The notes under the pieces were generated by a model. The model worked only from the letters and a program-made list of their open reading frames with translations, was not told the origin of the DNA and did no database searches. 64,000 nucleotides of DNA from Eledone cirrhosa (taxonomy: Eukaryota): NCBI GenBank assembly GCA_964016885.1, contig OZ024750.1, positions 34,968,001 to 35,032,000 of the forward strand, in the 5' to 3' direction. Of the stretch, positions 36,001 to 50,479 are shown piece after piece. A program made the translations under genes and the position numbers. Within the stretch, counting starts at the first letter, position 1, and each line of letters opens with the position of its first letter.

Positions 36001-39000
36001 CTTGACAACTACCACATCTTGACTTGACAACCACCACACATCTTGACTTGAACAACTACCACATCTAGACTTGACAACTACCACATCTTGACTTGAACAA
36101 CCACCACAACTTGACTTGAAAACTACCACATCTTGACTTGAACAACTACCACATCTTGACTTGACAACCACCACACATCTTGACTTGAACAACTACCACA
36201 TCTTGACATGACAACTCCCACATCTTGACTTGACAACCACCACACATCTTGACTTGAACAACTACCACATCTTGACTTGACAACTACCACATCTTGACTT
36301 GAACAACTACCACATCTTGACTTGACAACCATCACACATCTTGACTTGAACAACTACCACATCTTGACTTGACAACTACCACATCTTGACTTGAACAACC
36401 ACCACATCTTGACTTGAACAACTACCACATCTTGACTTGACAACTACCACATCTTGACTTGAACAACTACCACATCTTGACTTGACAACTACCACATCTT
36501 GACTTGAGCAACCACCACATCTTGACTTGAACAACCACAACACATCTTGACTTGAACAATTACCACATCTTGACTTGAACAACTACAACTTCTTGACTTG
36601 AACAACCACCACATCTTGACTTGACAACTACCACATCTTGACTTGAACAACTACCACATCTTGACTTGACAACTACCACATCTTGACTTGACAACTACCA
36701 CATCTTGACTTGAACAACTACCACATCTTGACTTGAACAACTACCACATCTTGACTTGACAACTGCCACATCTTGACTTGACAACTACCACATCTTGACT
36801 TGAACAACTACCACATCTTGACTTGAACAACTACCACATCTTGACTTGAACAACCACCACATCTTAACTTGAAAAACCACCACATCTTGACTTGAACAAC
36901 TATCACATCTTGACTTGAACAACTACCACATCTTGACTTGAACAACTGCCACATCTTGACTTGACAACCACCACATCTTGACTTGACAACCACCACACAT
37001 CTTGACTTGAACAACTACCACATCTTGACTTGACATCTACCACATTTTGACTTGAATAACTACCACATCTTGACTTGACAACCACCACACATCTTGACTT
37101 GAGCAACTACCACATCTTGACCTTAACAACTACCACATCTTGACTTGACAACTACCACATCTTGACTTGAACAACTACAACATCTTGACTTGAACAACCA
37201 CCAGATCTTGACTTGACAACTACCACATCTTGACTTGAACAACTGCCACATCTTGACTTGAACAACCACCACATCTTGACTTGAACAACCACCACACATC
37301 TTGACTTGAACAACCACCACATCTTGACTTGACAACTACCACATCTTGACTTGAACAACTACTACATCTTGACTTGAACAACTACCACATCTTGACTTGA
37401 ACAACTACCACATCTTGACTTGAACAACTACCACATCTTGACTTGACAACTACCACATCTTGACTTGACAACTACCACATCTTGACTTGACAACTACCAC
37501 ATCTTGACTTGAACAACTACCACATCTTGACTTGAACAACTACCACATCTTGACTTGAACAACTACCACATCTTGTCTTGAACAACTACCACATCTTGAC
37601 TTCAACAACTACCACATCTTGACTTGACAACTACCACATCTTGACTTGAACAACTACCACATCTTGACTTGAACAACCACCACATCTTGACTTGACAACT
37701 ACCACATCTTGACTTGAACAACCACCACATCTTGACTTGACAACTACCACATCTTGACTTGAACAACTACTACATCTTGACTTGAACAACTACCACATCT
37801 TGACTTGACAACTGCCACATCTTGACTTGACAACTACCACATCTTGACTTGAACAACCACCATATCTTGACTTGAACAACTACCACATCTTGACTTGAAC
37901 AACTACCACATCTTGACTTGAACAACTGCCACATCTTGACTTGACAACTACCACATCTTGTCTTGAACAACTACTACATCTTGAATTGAACAACTACCAC
38001 ATCTTGACTTGAACAACTACTACATCTTGACTTGAACAACCACCACATCTTGTCTTGACAACTACCACATCGTGACTTGAACAACCACCACATCTTGAAT
38101 TGACAACTACCACATCTTGACTTGAACAACTACTACATCTTGACTTGACAACCACCACATCTAGACTTGAACAACTACCACATCTTGACTTGAACAACTG
38201 CCACATCTTGACTTGACAACTACCACATCTTGACTTGACAACCACCACATCTTGACTTGACAACCACCACACATCTTGACTTGAACAACTACCACATCTT
38301 GACTTGACAACTACCACATCTTGACTTGAACAACCATCACACATCTTGACTTGAACAACTACCACATCTTGACTTGACAACTACCACATCTTGACTTGAA
38401 CAACCACCACATCTTGACTTGAACAACTACCACATCTTGACTTGACAACTACCACATCTTGACTTGAACAACTACCACATCTTGACTTGACAACTACCAC
38501 ATCTTGACTTGAACAACCACCACATCTTGACTTGAACAACCACAACACATCTTGACTTGAACAATTACCACATCTTGACTTGAACAACTACAACTTCTTG
38601 ACTTGAACAACCACCACATCTTGACTTGACAACTACCACATCTTGACTTGAACAACCACCACATCTTGACTTGAACAACTACCACATCTTGACTTGACAA
38701 CTACCACATCTTGACTTGAACAACTGCCACATCTTGACTTGACAACTACCACATCTTGACTTGACAACTACCACATCTTGACTTGACAACCACCACACAT
38801 CTTGACTTGAACAACTACCACATCTTGACTTGACAACTACCACATCTTGACTTGAACAACCACCACATCTTGACTTGAAAACTACCACATCTTGACTTGA
38901 ACAACTACCACATCTTGACTTGACAACCACCACACATCTTGACTTGAACAACTACCACATCTTGACATGACAACTACCACATCTTGACTTGACAACCACC

Positions 39001-42000
39001 ACACATCTTGACTTGAACAACTACCACATCTTGACTTGACAACTACCACATCTTGACTTGAACAACTACCACATCTTGACTTGACAACCATCACACATCT
39101 TGACTTGAACAACTACCACATCTTGACTTGACATCTACCACATCTTGACTTGAACAACCACCACATCTTGACTTGAACAACTACCACATCTTGACTTGAC
39201 AACTACCACATCTTGACTTGAACAACTACCACATCTTGACTTGACAACTACCACATCTTGACTTGAACAACCACCACATCTTGACTTGAACAACCACAAC
39301 ACATCTTGACTTGAACAATTACCACATCTTGACTTGAACAACTACAACTTCTTGACTTGAACAACCACCACATCTTGACTTGACAACTACCACATCTTGA
39401 CTTGAACAACTACCACATCTTGACTTGACAACTACCACATCTTGACTTGACAACTACCACATCTTGACTTGAACAACTACCACATCTTGACTTGAACAAC
39501 TACCACATCTTGACTTGACAACTGCCACATCTTGACTTGACAACTACCACATCTTGACTTGAACAACTACCACATCTTGACTTGAACAACTACCACATCT
39601 TGACTTGAACAACCACCACATCTTAACTTGAAAAACCACCACATCTTGACTTGAACAACTATCACATCTTGACTTGAACAACTACCACATCTTGACTTGA
39701 ACAACTGCCACATCTTGACTTGACAACCACCACATCTTGACTTGACAACCACCACACATCTTGACTTGAACAACTACCACATCTTGACTTGACATCTACC
39801 ACATTTTGACTTGAATAACTACCACATCTTGACTTGACAACCACCACACATCTTGACTTGAGCAACTACCACATCTTGACCTTAACAACTACCACATCTT
39901 GACTTGACAACTACCACATCTTGACTTGAACAACTACAACATCTTGACTTGAACAACCACCAGATCTTGACTTGACAACTACCACATCTTGACTTGAACA
40001 ACTGCCACATCTTGACTTGAACAACCACCACATCTTGACTTGAACAACCACCACACATCTTGACTTGAACAACCACCACATCTTGACTTGACAACTACCA
40101 CATCTTGACTTGAACAACTACTACATCTTGACTTGAACAACTACCACATCTTGACTTGAACAACTACCACATCTTGACTTGAACAACTACCACATCTTGA
40201 CTTGAACAACTACCACATCTTGACTTGACAACTCCCACATCTTGACTTGACAACTACCACATCTTGACTTGACAACTACCACATCTTGACTTGAACAACT
40301 ACCACATCTTGACTTGAACAACTACCACATCTTGACTTAAACAACTACCACATCTTGTCTTGAACAACTACCACATCTTGACTTCAACAACTACCACATC
40401 TTGACTTGACAACTACCACATCTTGACTTGACAACTACCACATCTTGACTTGAACAACTACCACATCTTGACTTGAACAACTACCACATCTTGACTTGAA
40501 CAACCACCACATCTTGACTTGAACAACTACCACATCTTGACTTGACAACTACAACTTCTTGACTTCAACAACCACCACATCTTGACTTGACAACTACCAC
40601 ATCTTGACTTGATCAACCACCACATCTTGACTTGAACAACTACCACATCTTGACTTGACAACTACCACATCTTGACTTGAACAACTGCCACATCTTGACT
40701 TGACAACTACCACATCTTGACTTGACAACTACCACATCTTGACTTGACAACCACCACACATCTTGACTTGAACAACTACCACATCTAGACTTGACAACTA
40801 CCACATCTTGACTTGAACAACCACCACAACTTGACTTGAAAACTACCACATCTTGACTTGAACAACTACCACATCTTGACTTGACAACCACCACACATCT
40901 TGACTTGAACAACTACCACATCTTGACATGACAACTCCCACATCTTGACTTGACAACCACCACACATCTTGACTTGAACAACTACCACATCTTGACTTGA
41001 CAACTACCACATCTTGACTTGAACAACTACCACATCTTGACTTGACAACCATCACACATCTTGACTTGAACAACTACCACATCTTGACTTGACAACTACC
41101 ACATCTTGACTTGAACAACCACCACATCTTGACTTGAACAACTACCACATCTTGACTTGACAACTACCACATCTTGACTTGAACAACTACCACATCTTGA
41201 CTTGACAACTACCACATCTTGACTTGAGCAACCACCACATCTTGACTTGAACAACCACAACACATCTTGACTTGAACAATTACCACATCTTGACTTGAAC
41301 AACTACAACTTCTTGACTTGAACAACCACCACATCTTGACTTGACAACTACCACATCTTGACTTGAACAACTACCACATCTTGACTTGACAACTACCACA
41401 TCTTGACTTGACAACTACCACATCTTGACTTGAACAACTACCACATCTTGACTTGAACAACTACCACATCTTGACTTGACAACTGCCACATCTTGACTTG
41501 ACAACTACCACATCTTGACTTGAACAACTACCACATCTTGACTTGAACAACTACCACATCTTGACTTGAACAACCACCACATCTTAACTTGAAAAACCAC
41601 CACATCTTGACTTGAACAACTATCACATCTTGACTTGAACAACTACCACATCTTGACTTGAACAACTGCCACATCTTGACTTGACAACCACCACATCTTG
41701 ACTTGACAACCACCACACATCTTGACTTGAACAACTACCACATCTTGACTTGACATCTACCACATTTTGACTTGAATAACTACCACATCTTGACTTGACA
41801 ACCACCACACATCTTGACTTGAGCAACTACCACATCTTGACCTTAACAACTACCACATCTTGACTTGACAACTACCACATCTTGACTTGAACAACTACAA
41901 CATCTTGACTTGAACAACCACAAGATCTTGACTTGACAACTACCACATCTTGACTTGAACAACTGCCACATCTTGACTTGAACAACCACCACATCTTGAC

Positions 42001-45000
42001 TTGAACAACCACCACACATCTTGACTTGAACAACCACCACATCTTGACTTGACAACTACCACATCTTGACTTGAACAACTACTACATCTTGACTTGAACA
42101 ACTACCACATCTTGACTTGAACAACTACCACATCTTGACTTGAACAACTACCACATCTTGACTTGACAACTACCACATCTTGACTTGACAACTACCACAT
42201 CTTGACTTGACAACTACCACATCTTGACTTGAACAACTACCACATCTTGACTTGAACAACTACCACATCTTGACTTGAACAACTACCACATCTTGTCTTG
42301 AACAACTACCACATCTTGACTTCAACAACTACCACATCTTGACTTGACAACTACCACATCTTGACTTGACAACTACCACATCTTGACTTGAACAACTACC
42401 ACATCTTGACTTGAACAACTACCACATCTTGACTTGACAACTACCACATCTTGTCTTGAACAACTACCACATCTTGACTTGAACAACCACCACATCTTGA
42501 CTTGACAACTACCACATCTTGACTTGAACAACCACCACATCTTGACTTGACAACTACCACATCTTGACTTGAACAACTACTACATCTTGACTTGAACAAC
42601 TACCACATCTTGACTTGACAACTGCCACATCTTGACTTGACAACTACCACATCTTGACTTGAACAACCACCATATCTTGACTTGAACAACTACCACATCT
42701 TGACTTGAACAACTACCACATCTTGACTTGAACAACTGCCACATCTTGACTTGACAACTACCACATCTTGTCTTGAACAACTACTACATCTTGAATTGAA
42801 CAACTACCACATCTTGACTTGAACAACTACTACATCTTGACTTGAACAACCACCACATCTTGTCTTGACAACTACCACATCGTGACTTGAACAACCACCA
42901 CATCTTGAATTGACAACTACCACATCTTGACTTGAACAACTACTACATCTTGACTTGACAACCACCACATCTAGACTTGAACAACTACCACATCTTGACT
43001 TGAACAACTGCCACATCTTGACTTGACAACTACCACATCTTGACTTGACAACCACCACATCTTGACTTGACAACCACCACACATCTTGACTTGAACAACT
43101 ACCACATCTTGACTTGACAACTACCACATCTTGACTTGAACAACCATCACACATCTTGACTTGAACAACTACCACATCTTGACTTGACAACTACCACATC
43201 TTGACTTGAACAACCACCACATCTTGACTTGAACAACTACCACATCTTGACTTGACAACTACCACATCTTGACTTGAACAACTACCACATCTTGACTTGA
43301 CAACTACCACATCTTGACTTGAACAACCACCACATCTTGACTTGAACAACCACAACACATCTTGACTTGAACAATTACCACATCTTGACTTGAACAACTA
43401 CAACTTCTTGACTTGAACAACCACCACATCTTGACTTGACAACTACCACATCTTGACTTGAACAACCACCACATCTTGACTTGAACAACTACCACATCTT
43501 GACTTGACAACTACCACATCTTGACTTGAACAACTGCCACATCTTGACTTGACAACTACCACATCTTGACTTGACAACTACCACATCTTGACTTGACAAC
43601 CACCACACATCTTGACTTGAACAACTACCACATCTTGACTTGACAACTACCACATCTTGACTTGAACAACCACCACATCTTGACTTGAAAACTACCACAT
43701 CTTGACTTGAACAACTACCACATCTTGACTTGACAACCACCACACATCTTGACTTGAACAACTACCACATCTTGACATGACAACTACCACATCTTGACTT
43801 GACAACCACCACACATCTTGACTTGAACAACTACCACATCTTGACTTGACAACTACCACATCTTGACTTGAACAACTACCACATCTTGACTTGACAACCA
43901 TCACACATCTTGACTTGAACAACTACCACATCTTGACTTGACATCTACCACATCTTGACTTGAACAACCACCACATCTTGACTTGAACAACTACCACATC
44001 TTGACTTGACAACTACCACATCTTGACTTGAACAACTACCACATCTTGACTTGACAACTACCACATCTTGACTTGAACAACCACCACATCTTGACTTGAA
44101 CAACCACAACACATCTTGACTTGAACAATTACCACATCTTGACTTGAACAACTACAACTTCTTGACTTGAACAACCACCACATCTTGACTTGACAACTAC
44201 CACATCTTGACTTGAACAACTACCACATCTTGACTTGACAACTACCACATCTTGACTTGACAACTACCACATCTTGACTTGAACAACTACCACATCTTGA
44301 CTTGAACAACTACCACATCTTGACTTGACAACTGCCACATCTTGACTTGACAACTACCACATCTTGACTTGAACAACTACCACATCTTGACTTGAACAAC
44401 TACCACATCTTGATTGAACAACCACCACATCTTAACTTGAAAAACCACCACATCTTGACTTGAACAACTATCACATCTTGACTTGAACAACTACCACATC
44501 TTGACTTGAACAACTGCCACATCTTGACTTGACAACCACCACATCTTGACTTGACAACCACCACACATCTTGACTTGAACAACTACCACATCTTGACTTG
44601 ACATCTACCACATTTTGACTTGAATAACTACCACATCTTGACTTGACAACCACCACACATCTTGACTTGAGCAACTACCACATCTTGACCTTAACAACTA
44701 CCACATCTTGACTTGACAACTACCACATCTTGACTTGAACAACTACAACATCTTGACTTGAACAACCACCAGATCTTGACTTGACAACTACCACATCTTG
44801 ACTTGAACAACTGCCACATCTTGACTTGAACAACCACCACATCTTGACTTGAACAACCACCACACATCTTGACTTGAACAACCACCACATCTTGACTTGA
44901 CAACTACCACATCTTGACTTGAACAACTACTACATCTTGACTTGAACAACTACCACATCTTGACTTGAACAACTACCACATCTTGACTTGAACAACTACC

Positions 45001-48000
45001 ACATCTTGACTTGAACAACTACCACATCTTGACTTGACAACTCCCACATCTTGACTTGACAACTACCACATCTTGACTTGACAACTACCACATCTTGACT
45101 TGAACAACTACCACATCTTGACTTGAACAACTACCACATCTTGACTTAAACAACTACCACATCTTGTCTTGAACAACTACCACATCTTGACTTCAACAAC
45201 TACCACATCTTGACTTGACAACTACCACATCTTGACTTGACAACTACCACATCTTGACTTGAACAACTACCACATCTTGACTTGAACAACTACCACATCT
45301 TGACTTGACAACTACCACATCTTGACTTGAACAACTACCACATCTTGACTTGAACAACCACCACATCTTGACTTGACAACTACCACATCTTGACTTGAAC
45401 AACCACCACATCTTGACTTGACAACTACCACATCTTGACTTGAACAACTACTACATCTTGACTTGAACAACTACCACATCTTGACTTGACAACTGCCACA
45501 TCTTGACTTGACAACTACCACATCTTGACTTGAACAACCACCATATCTTGACTTGAACAACTACCACAGCTTGACTTGAACAACTACCACATCTTGACTT
45601 GAACAACTGCCACATCTTGACTTGACAACTACCACATCTTGTCTTGAACAACTACTACATCTTGACTTGAACAACTACCACATCTTGACTTGAACAACTA
45701 CTACATCTTGACTTGAACAACCACCACATCTTGTCTTGACAACTACCACATCGTGACTTGAACAACTACTACATCTTGACTTGACAACCACCACATCTAG
45801 ACTTGAACAACTACCACATCTTGACTTGAACAACTGCCACATCTTGACTTGACAACTACCACATCTTGACTTGACAACCACCACATCTTGACTTGACAAC
45901 CACCACACATCTTGACTTGAACAACTACCACATCTTGACTTGACAACTACCACATCTTGACTTGAACAACCATCACACATCTTGACTTGAACAACTACCA
46001 TATCTTGACTTGACAACTACCACATCTTGACTTGAACAACCACCACATCTTGACTTGAACAACCACAACACATCTTGACTTGAACAATTACCACATCTTG
46101 ACTTGAACAACTACAACTTCTTGACTTGAACAACCACCACATCTTGACTTGACAACTACCACATCTTGACTTGAACAACCACCACACATCTTGACTTGAG
46201 CAACTACCACATCTTGACCTTAACAACTACCACATCTTGACTTGACAACTACCACATCTTGACTTGAACAACTACAACATCTTGACTTGAACAACCACCA
46301 GATCTTGACTTGACAACTACCACATCTTGACTTGAACAACTGCCACATCTTGACTTGAACAACCACCACATCTTGACTTGAACAACCACCACACATCTTG
46401 ACTTGAACAACCACCACATCTTGACTTGACAACTACCACATCTTGACTTGAACAACTACTACATCTTGACTTGAACAACTACCACATCTTGACTTGAACA
46501 ACTACCACATCTTGACTTGAACAACTACCACATCTTGACTTGAACAACTACCACATCTTGACTTGACAACTACCACATCTTGACTTGACAACTACCACAT
46601 CTTGACTTGAACAACTACCACATCTTGACTTGACAACTACCACATCTTGACTTGAACAACCACCACATCTTGACTTGAACAACCACAACACATCTTGACT
46701 TGAACAATTACCACATCTTGACTTGAACAACTACAACTTCTTGACTTGAACAACCACCACATCTTGACTTGACAACTACCACATCTTGACTTGAACAACC
46801 ACCACATCTTGACTTGAACAACTACCACATCTTGACTTGACAACTACCACATCTTGACTTGAACAACTGCCACATCTTGACTTGACAACTACCACATCTT
46901 GACTTGACAACTACCACATCTTGACTTGACAACCACCACACATCTTGACTTGAACAACTACCACATCTTGACTTGACAACTACCACATCTTGACTTGAAC
47001 AACCACCACATCTTGACTTGAAAACTACCACATCTTGACTTGAACAACTACCACATCTTGACTTGACAACCACCACACATCTTGACTTGAACAACTACCA
47101 CATCTTGACATGACAACTACCACATCTTGACTTGACAACCACCACACATCTTGACTTGAACAACTACCACATCTTGACTTGAGAACTACCACATCTTGAC
47201 TTGAACAACTACCACATCTTGACTTGACAACCATCACACATCTTGACTTGAACAACTACCACATCTTGACTTGACAACTACCACATCTTGACTTGAACAA
47301 CCACCACATCTTGACTTGAACAACTACCACATCTTGACTTGACAACTACCACATCTTGACTTGAACAACTACCACATCTTGACTTGACAACTACCACATC
47401 TTGACTTGAACAACCACCACATCTCGACTTGAACAACCACAACACATCTTGACTTGAACAATTACCACATCTTGACTTGAACAACTACAACTTCTTGACT
47501 TGAACAACCACCACATCTTGACTTGACAACTACCACATCTTGACTTGAACAACTACCACATCCTGACTTGACAACTACCACATCTTGACTTGACAACTAC
47601 CACATCTTGACTTGAACAACTACCACATCTTGACTTGAACAACTACCACATCTTGACTTGACAACTGCCACATCTTGACTTGACAACTACCACATCTTGA
47701 CTTGAACAACTACCACATCTTGACTTGAACAACTACCACATCTTGACTTGATCAACCACCACATCTTAACTTGAAAAACCACCACATCTTGACTTGAACA
47801 ACTATCACATCTTGACTTGAACAACTACCACATCTTGACTTGAACAACTGCCACATCTTGACTTGACAACCACCACATCTTGACTTGACAACCACCACAC
47901 ATCTTGACTTGAACAACTACCACATCTTGACTTGACATCTACCACATTTTGACTTGAATAACTACCACATCTTGACTTGACAACCACCACACATCTTGAC

Positions 48001-49397
48001 TTGAGCAACTACCACATCTTGACCTTAACAACTACCACATCTTGACTTGACAACTACCACATCTTGACTTGAACAACCACCACATCTTGACTTGAACAAC
48101 TACCACATCTTGACTTGACAACTACCACATCTTGACTTGAACAACTACCACATCTTGACTTGACAACTACCACATCTTGACTTGAACAACCACCACATCT
48201 TGACTTGAACAACCACAACACATCTTGACTTGAACAATTACCACATCTTGACTTGAACAACTACCACATCTTGACTTGAACAACTACCACATCTTGACTT
48301 GAACAACTACCACATCTTGACTTGAACAACTACCACATCTTGACTTGAACAACTACCACATCTTGACTTGACAACTACCACATCTTGACTTGACAACTAC
48401 CACATCTTGACTTGACAACTACCACATCTTGACTTGAACAACTACCACATCTTGACTTGAACAACTACCACATCTTGACTTGAACAACTACCACATCTTG
48501 ACTTGAACAACTACCACATCTTGACTTGAACAACTACCACATCTTGACTTGACAACTACCACATCTTGACTTGACAACTACCACATCTTGACTTGAACAA
48601 CTACCACATCTTGACTTGAACAACTACCACATCTTGACTTGACAACTACCACATCTTGACTTGAACAACTACCACATCTTGACTTGACAACTACCACATC
48701 TTGACTTGAACAACTACCACATCTTGACTTGAACAACCACCACATCTTGACTTGACAACTACCACATCTTGACTTGAACAACCACCACATCTTGACTTGA
48801 CAACTACCACATCTTGACTTGAACAACTACTACATCTTGACTTGAACAACTACCACATCTTGACTTGACAACTGCCACATCTTGACTTGACAACTACCAC
48901 ATCTTGATTTGAACAACCACCATATCTTGACTTGAACAACTACCACATCTTGACTTGAACAACTACCACATCTTGACTTGAACAACTGCCACTTCTTGAC
49001 TTGACAACTACCACATCTTGTCTTGAACAACTACTACATCTTGACTTGAACAACTACCACATCTTGACTTGAACTACTACTACATCTTGACTTGAACAAC
49101 CACCACATCTTGTCTTGACAACTACCACATCTTGACTTGAACAACCACCACATCTTGAATTGACAACTACCACATCTTGACTTGAACAACTACTACATCT
49201 TGACTTGACTACCACCACATCTAGACTTGAACAACTACCACATCTTGACTTGACAACTACCACATCTTGACTTGACAACCACCACATCTCGACTTGAACA
49301 ACCATCACATCTTGACTTGAACAACTACCACATCTTGACTTGACAACTACCACATCTTGACTTGAACAACTACCACACCTTGACTTGACAACTACCA
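1..49397. repeat. Satellite DNA array, 22-25 bp unit CATCTTGACTTGA(A)CAAC(T/C)ACCA(CA), about 2,170 copies, probably continuing left of the window
   Basis: Near-invariant core CATCTTGACTTGA recurs continuously in one orientation with no foreign insertion. Length variants come from +/-A (GACAA vs GAACAA) and +/-CA (CCACA vs CCACACA). Copy number is estimated as length divided by ~22.8. Confidence 0.99.
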
Positions 49398-49626
49398 AAA
49401 TATTGGACATACTAACTGGTCATAGCAATATACTTGACATATTAACAGGACATGGCAAAATATTGGACATACTAACTGGGCAGAGCAATATACTGGACAT
49501 ACTAACTGGACATAGCAATATACTGGACATACTAACTGGACATACAGTTAGTATGTCCAATATTTTGCTATGTCCAATATTTTGCCATGTCCTGTTAATA
49601 TGTCCAATATTTTCTACATGTGTGTA
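49396..49626. mobile_element. Foldback/MITE-like element: five 30-bp direct repeats followed by an inverted copy; right end ...TTTTCTACATGTGTG|TA (CAC-terminal, CMC/EnSpm-like non-autonomous candidate)
   Basis: Units resembling CAAAATATTGGACATACTAACTGGACATAG at 49396-49544; inverted copies at 49545-49613; perfect 15-bp stem 49524-49538/49545-49559 with a 6-nt loop. The repeat structure is seen directly; the transposon class is inference. Confidence 0.55.
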
Positions 49627-49761
49627 TTGAATTCTGGAAGATGACAAAATACATTTCTTAAAAGGAAATTTGATTTTAAAATAGTTTCTTCTTTCAGTTG
49701 TATATTTTTATAATTGTTTGTGTCGATCGTAAAAACTTTAAAATCTTTATAATTAGAATTT

Positions 49762-49843
49762 TTAAAGTTGTGACTACTTTCAATTAAAGTCTTCCATAGT
49801 ATTAAAGTTGTGACTACTTTCAGTTAAAGTCTTCCATAGTATT
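49762..49843. repeat. 40-bp tandem duplication (2 copies)
   Basis: TTAAAGTTGTGACTACTTTCA(A/G)TTAAAGTCTTCCATAGTA twice, one mismatch. Confidence 0.95.
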
Positions 49844-49886
49844 TACTTCATTCTTTGTTCGAATTGTTTTCATTTTTTATTATTTA

Positions 49887-50222
49887 CTAGATGAGGAGGA
49901 CATCTTCTCCCTCTTTCTGACTTACACACACACTCTCTCTCTAAACAAATGACATCCATTTTCTCTTTCTATGTACTTCTCTTTCATTTGGTCCCCCCCC
50001 CCCCCTCACTATCTCTCTCTATAGACGCGGGCGACATCATAACTTTCTGTCTATCTACCTATTTCTATCCCTTTGAAAACATACAGTGTTCGCTTTTTTC
50101 TTTCTCTCTATGTTACATATATCTCTCGCTTGGCACTCCCTACTCTCTCGATATAAAGTGAGTGAGATGTATGGAGGGATGGCCAGGTGGACAGACAGAT
50201 AGTGCTCTTATTATAATATAGA
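49887..50222 (-). mobile_element. Candidate non-autonomous Helitron
   Basis: Minus strand reads A|TCTATATTATAATAAGAGCACTATCTGTCTGTCC...CTAG|T, i.e. 5'-TC, 3'-CTAG and an A|T insertion site. The subterminal hairpin (GGAGGA-CATC-TTCTCC) is weak and too close to the end. Confidence 0.4.
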
Positions 50223-50479
50223 TTTCTTACGTCTTTTGGGGTTAATTTTATCAGAACACAAGACTTGTAAATATTGGTTAGTTAGTACTCTAGTTATATA
50301 TGGAATGTACACAAGTGTCTCTTGTAGTAACAACTTGATACAGTAATTAACCCTTTAGTGTTTGTATTACTCTACATTTATTATTGTATTTCATGGTAAA
50401 GGCTTTACCACACATAATTATCCCAGATAATGAGATTTTGATATTATTTATTTTGAGAACAATACCTTAACCCTTTAGC

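Noticed and set aside
1-49397. CRISPR-like constant repeat plus variable spacer
   Set aside because: The variable part is only 9-12 bp and is itself repetitive, there are no cas genes, and the context is eukaryotic.
1-49397. Arrayed transcription-factor sites (TTGACT W-box; TCAAGTCA nuclear-receptor/NKX-like)
   Set aside because: Short-motif coincidence with no functional evidence; WRKY W-boxes are irrelevant in an animal-like context.
132-49410. Hundreds of minus-strand Cys/Ser/Val-rich ORFs (KSRCGSCSSQDVVVVQVKMW)
   Set aside because: They are the three frames of the satellite unit. Mixed 22-25-bp units shift frame constantly, starts are mostly TTG/GTG, and there is no frame-preserving selection.
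49385-49647. ORFs with ILDILTGHSN repeats on both strands
   Set aside because: Translation of the 30-bp foldback repeat.
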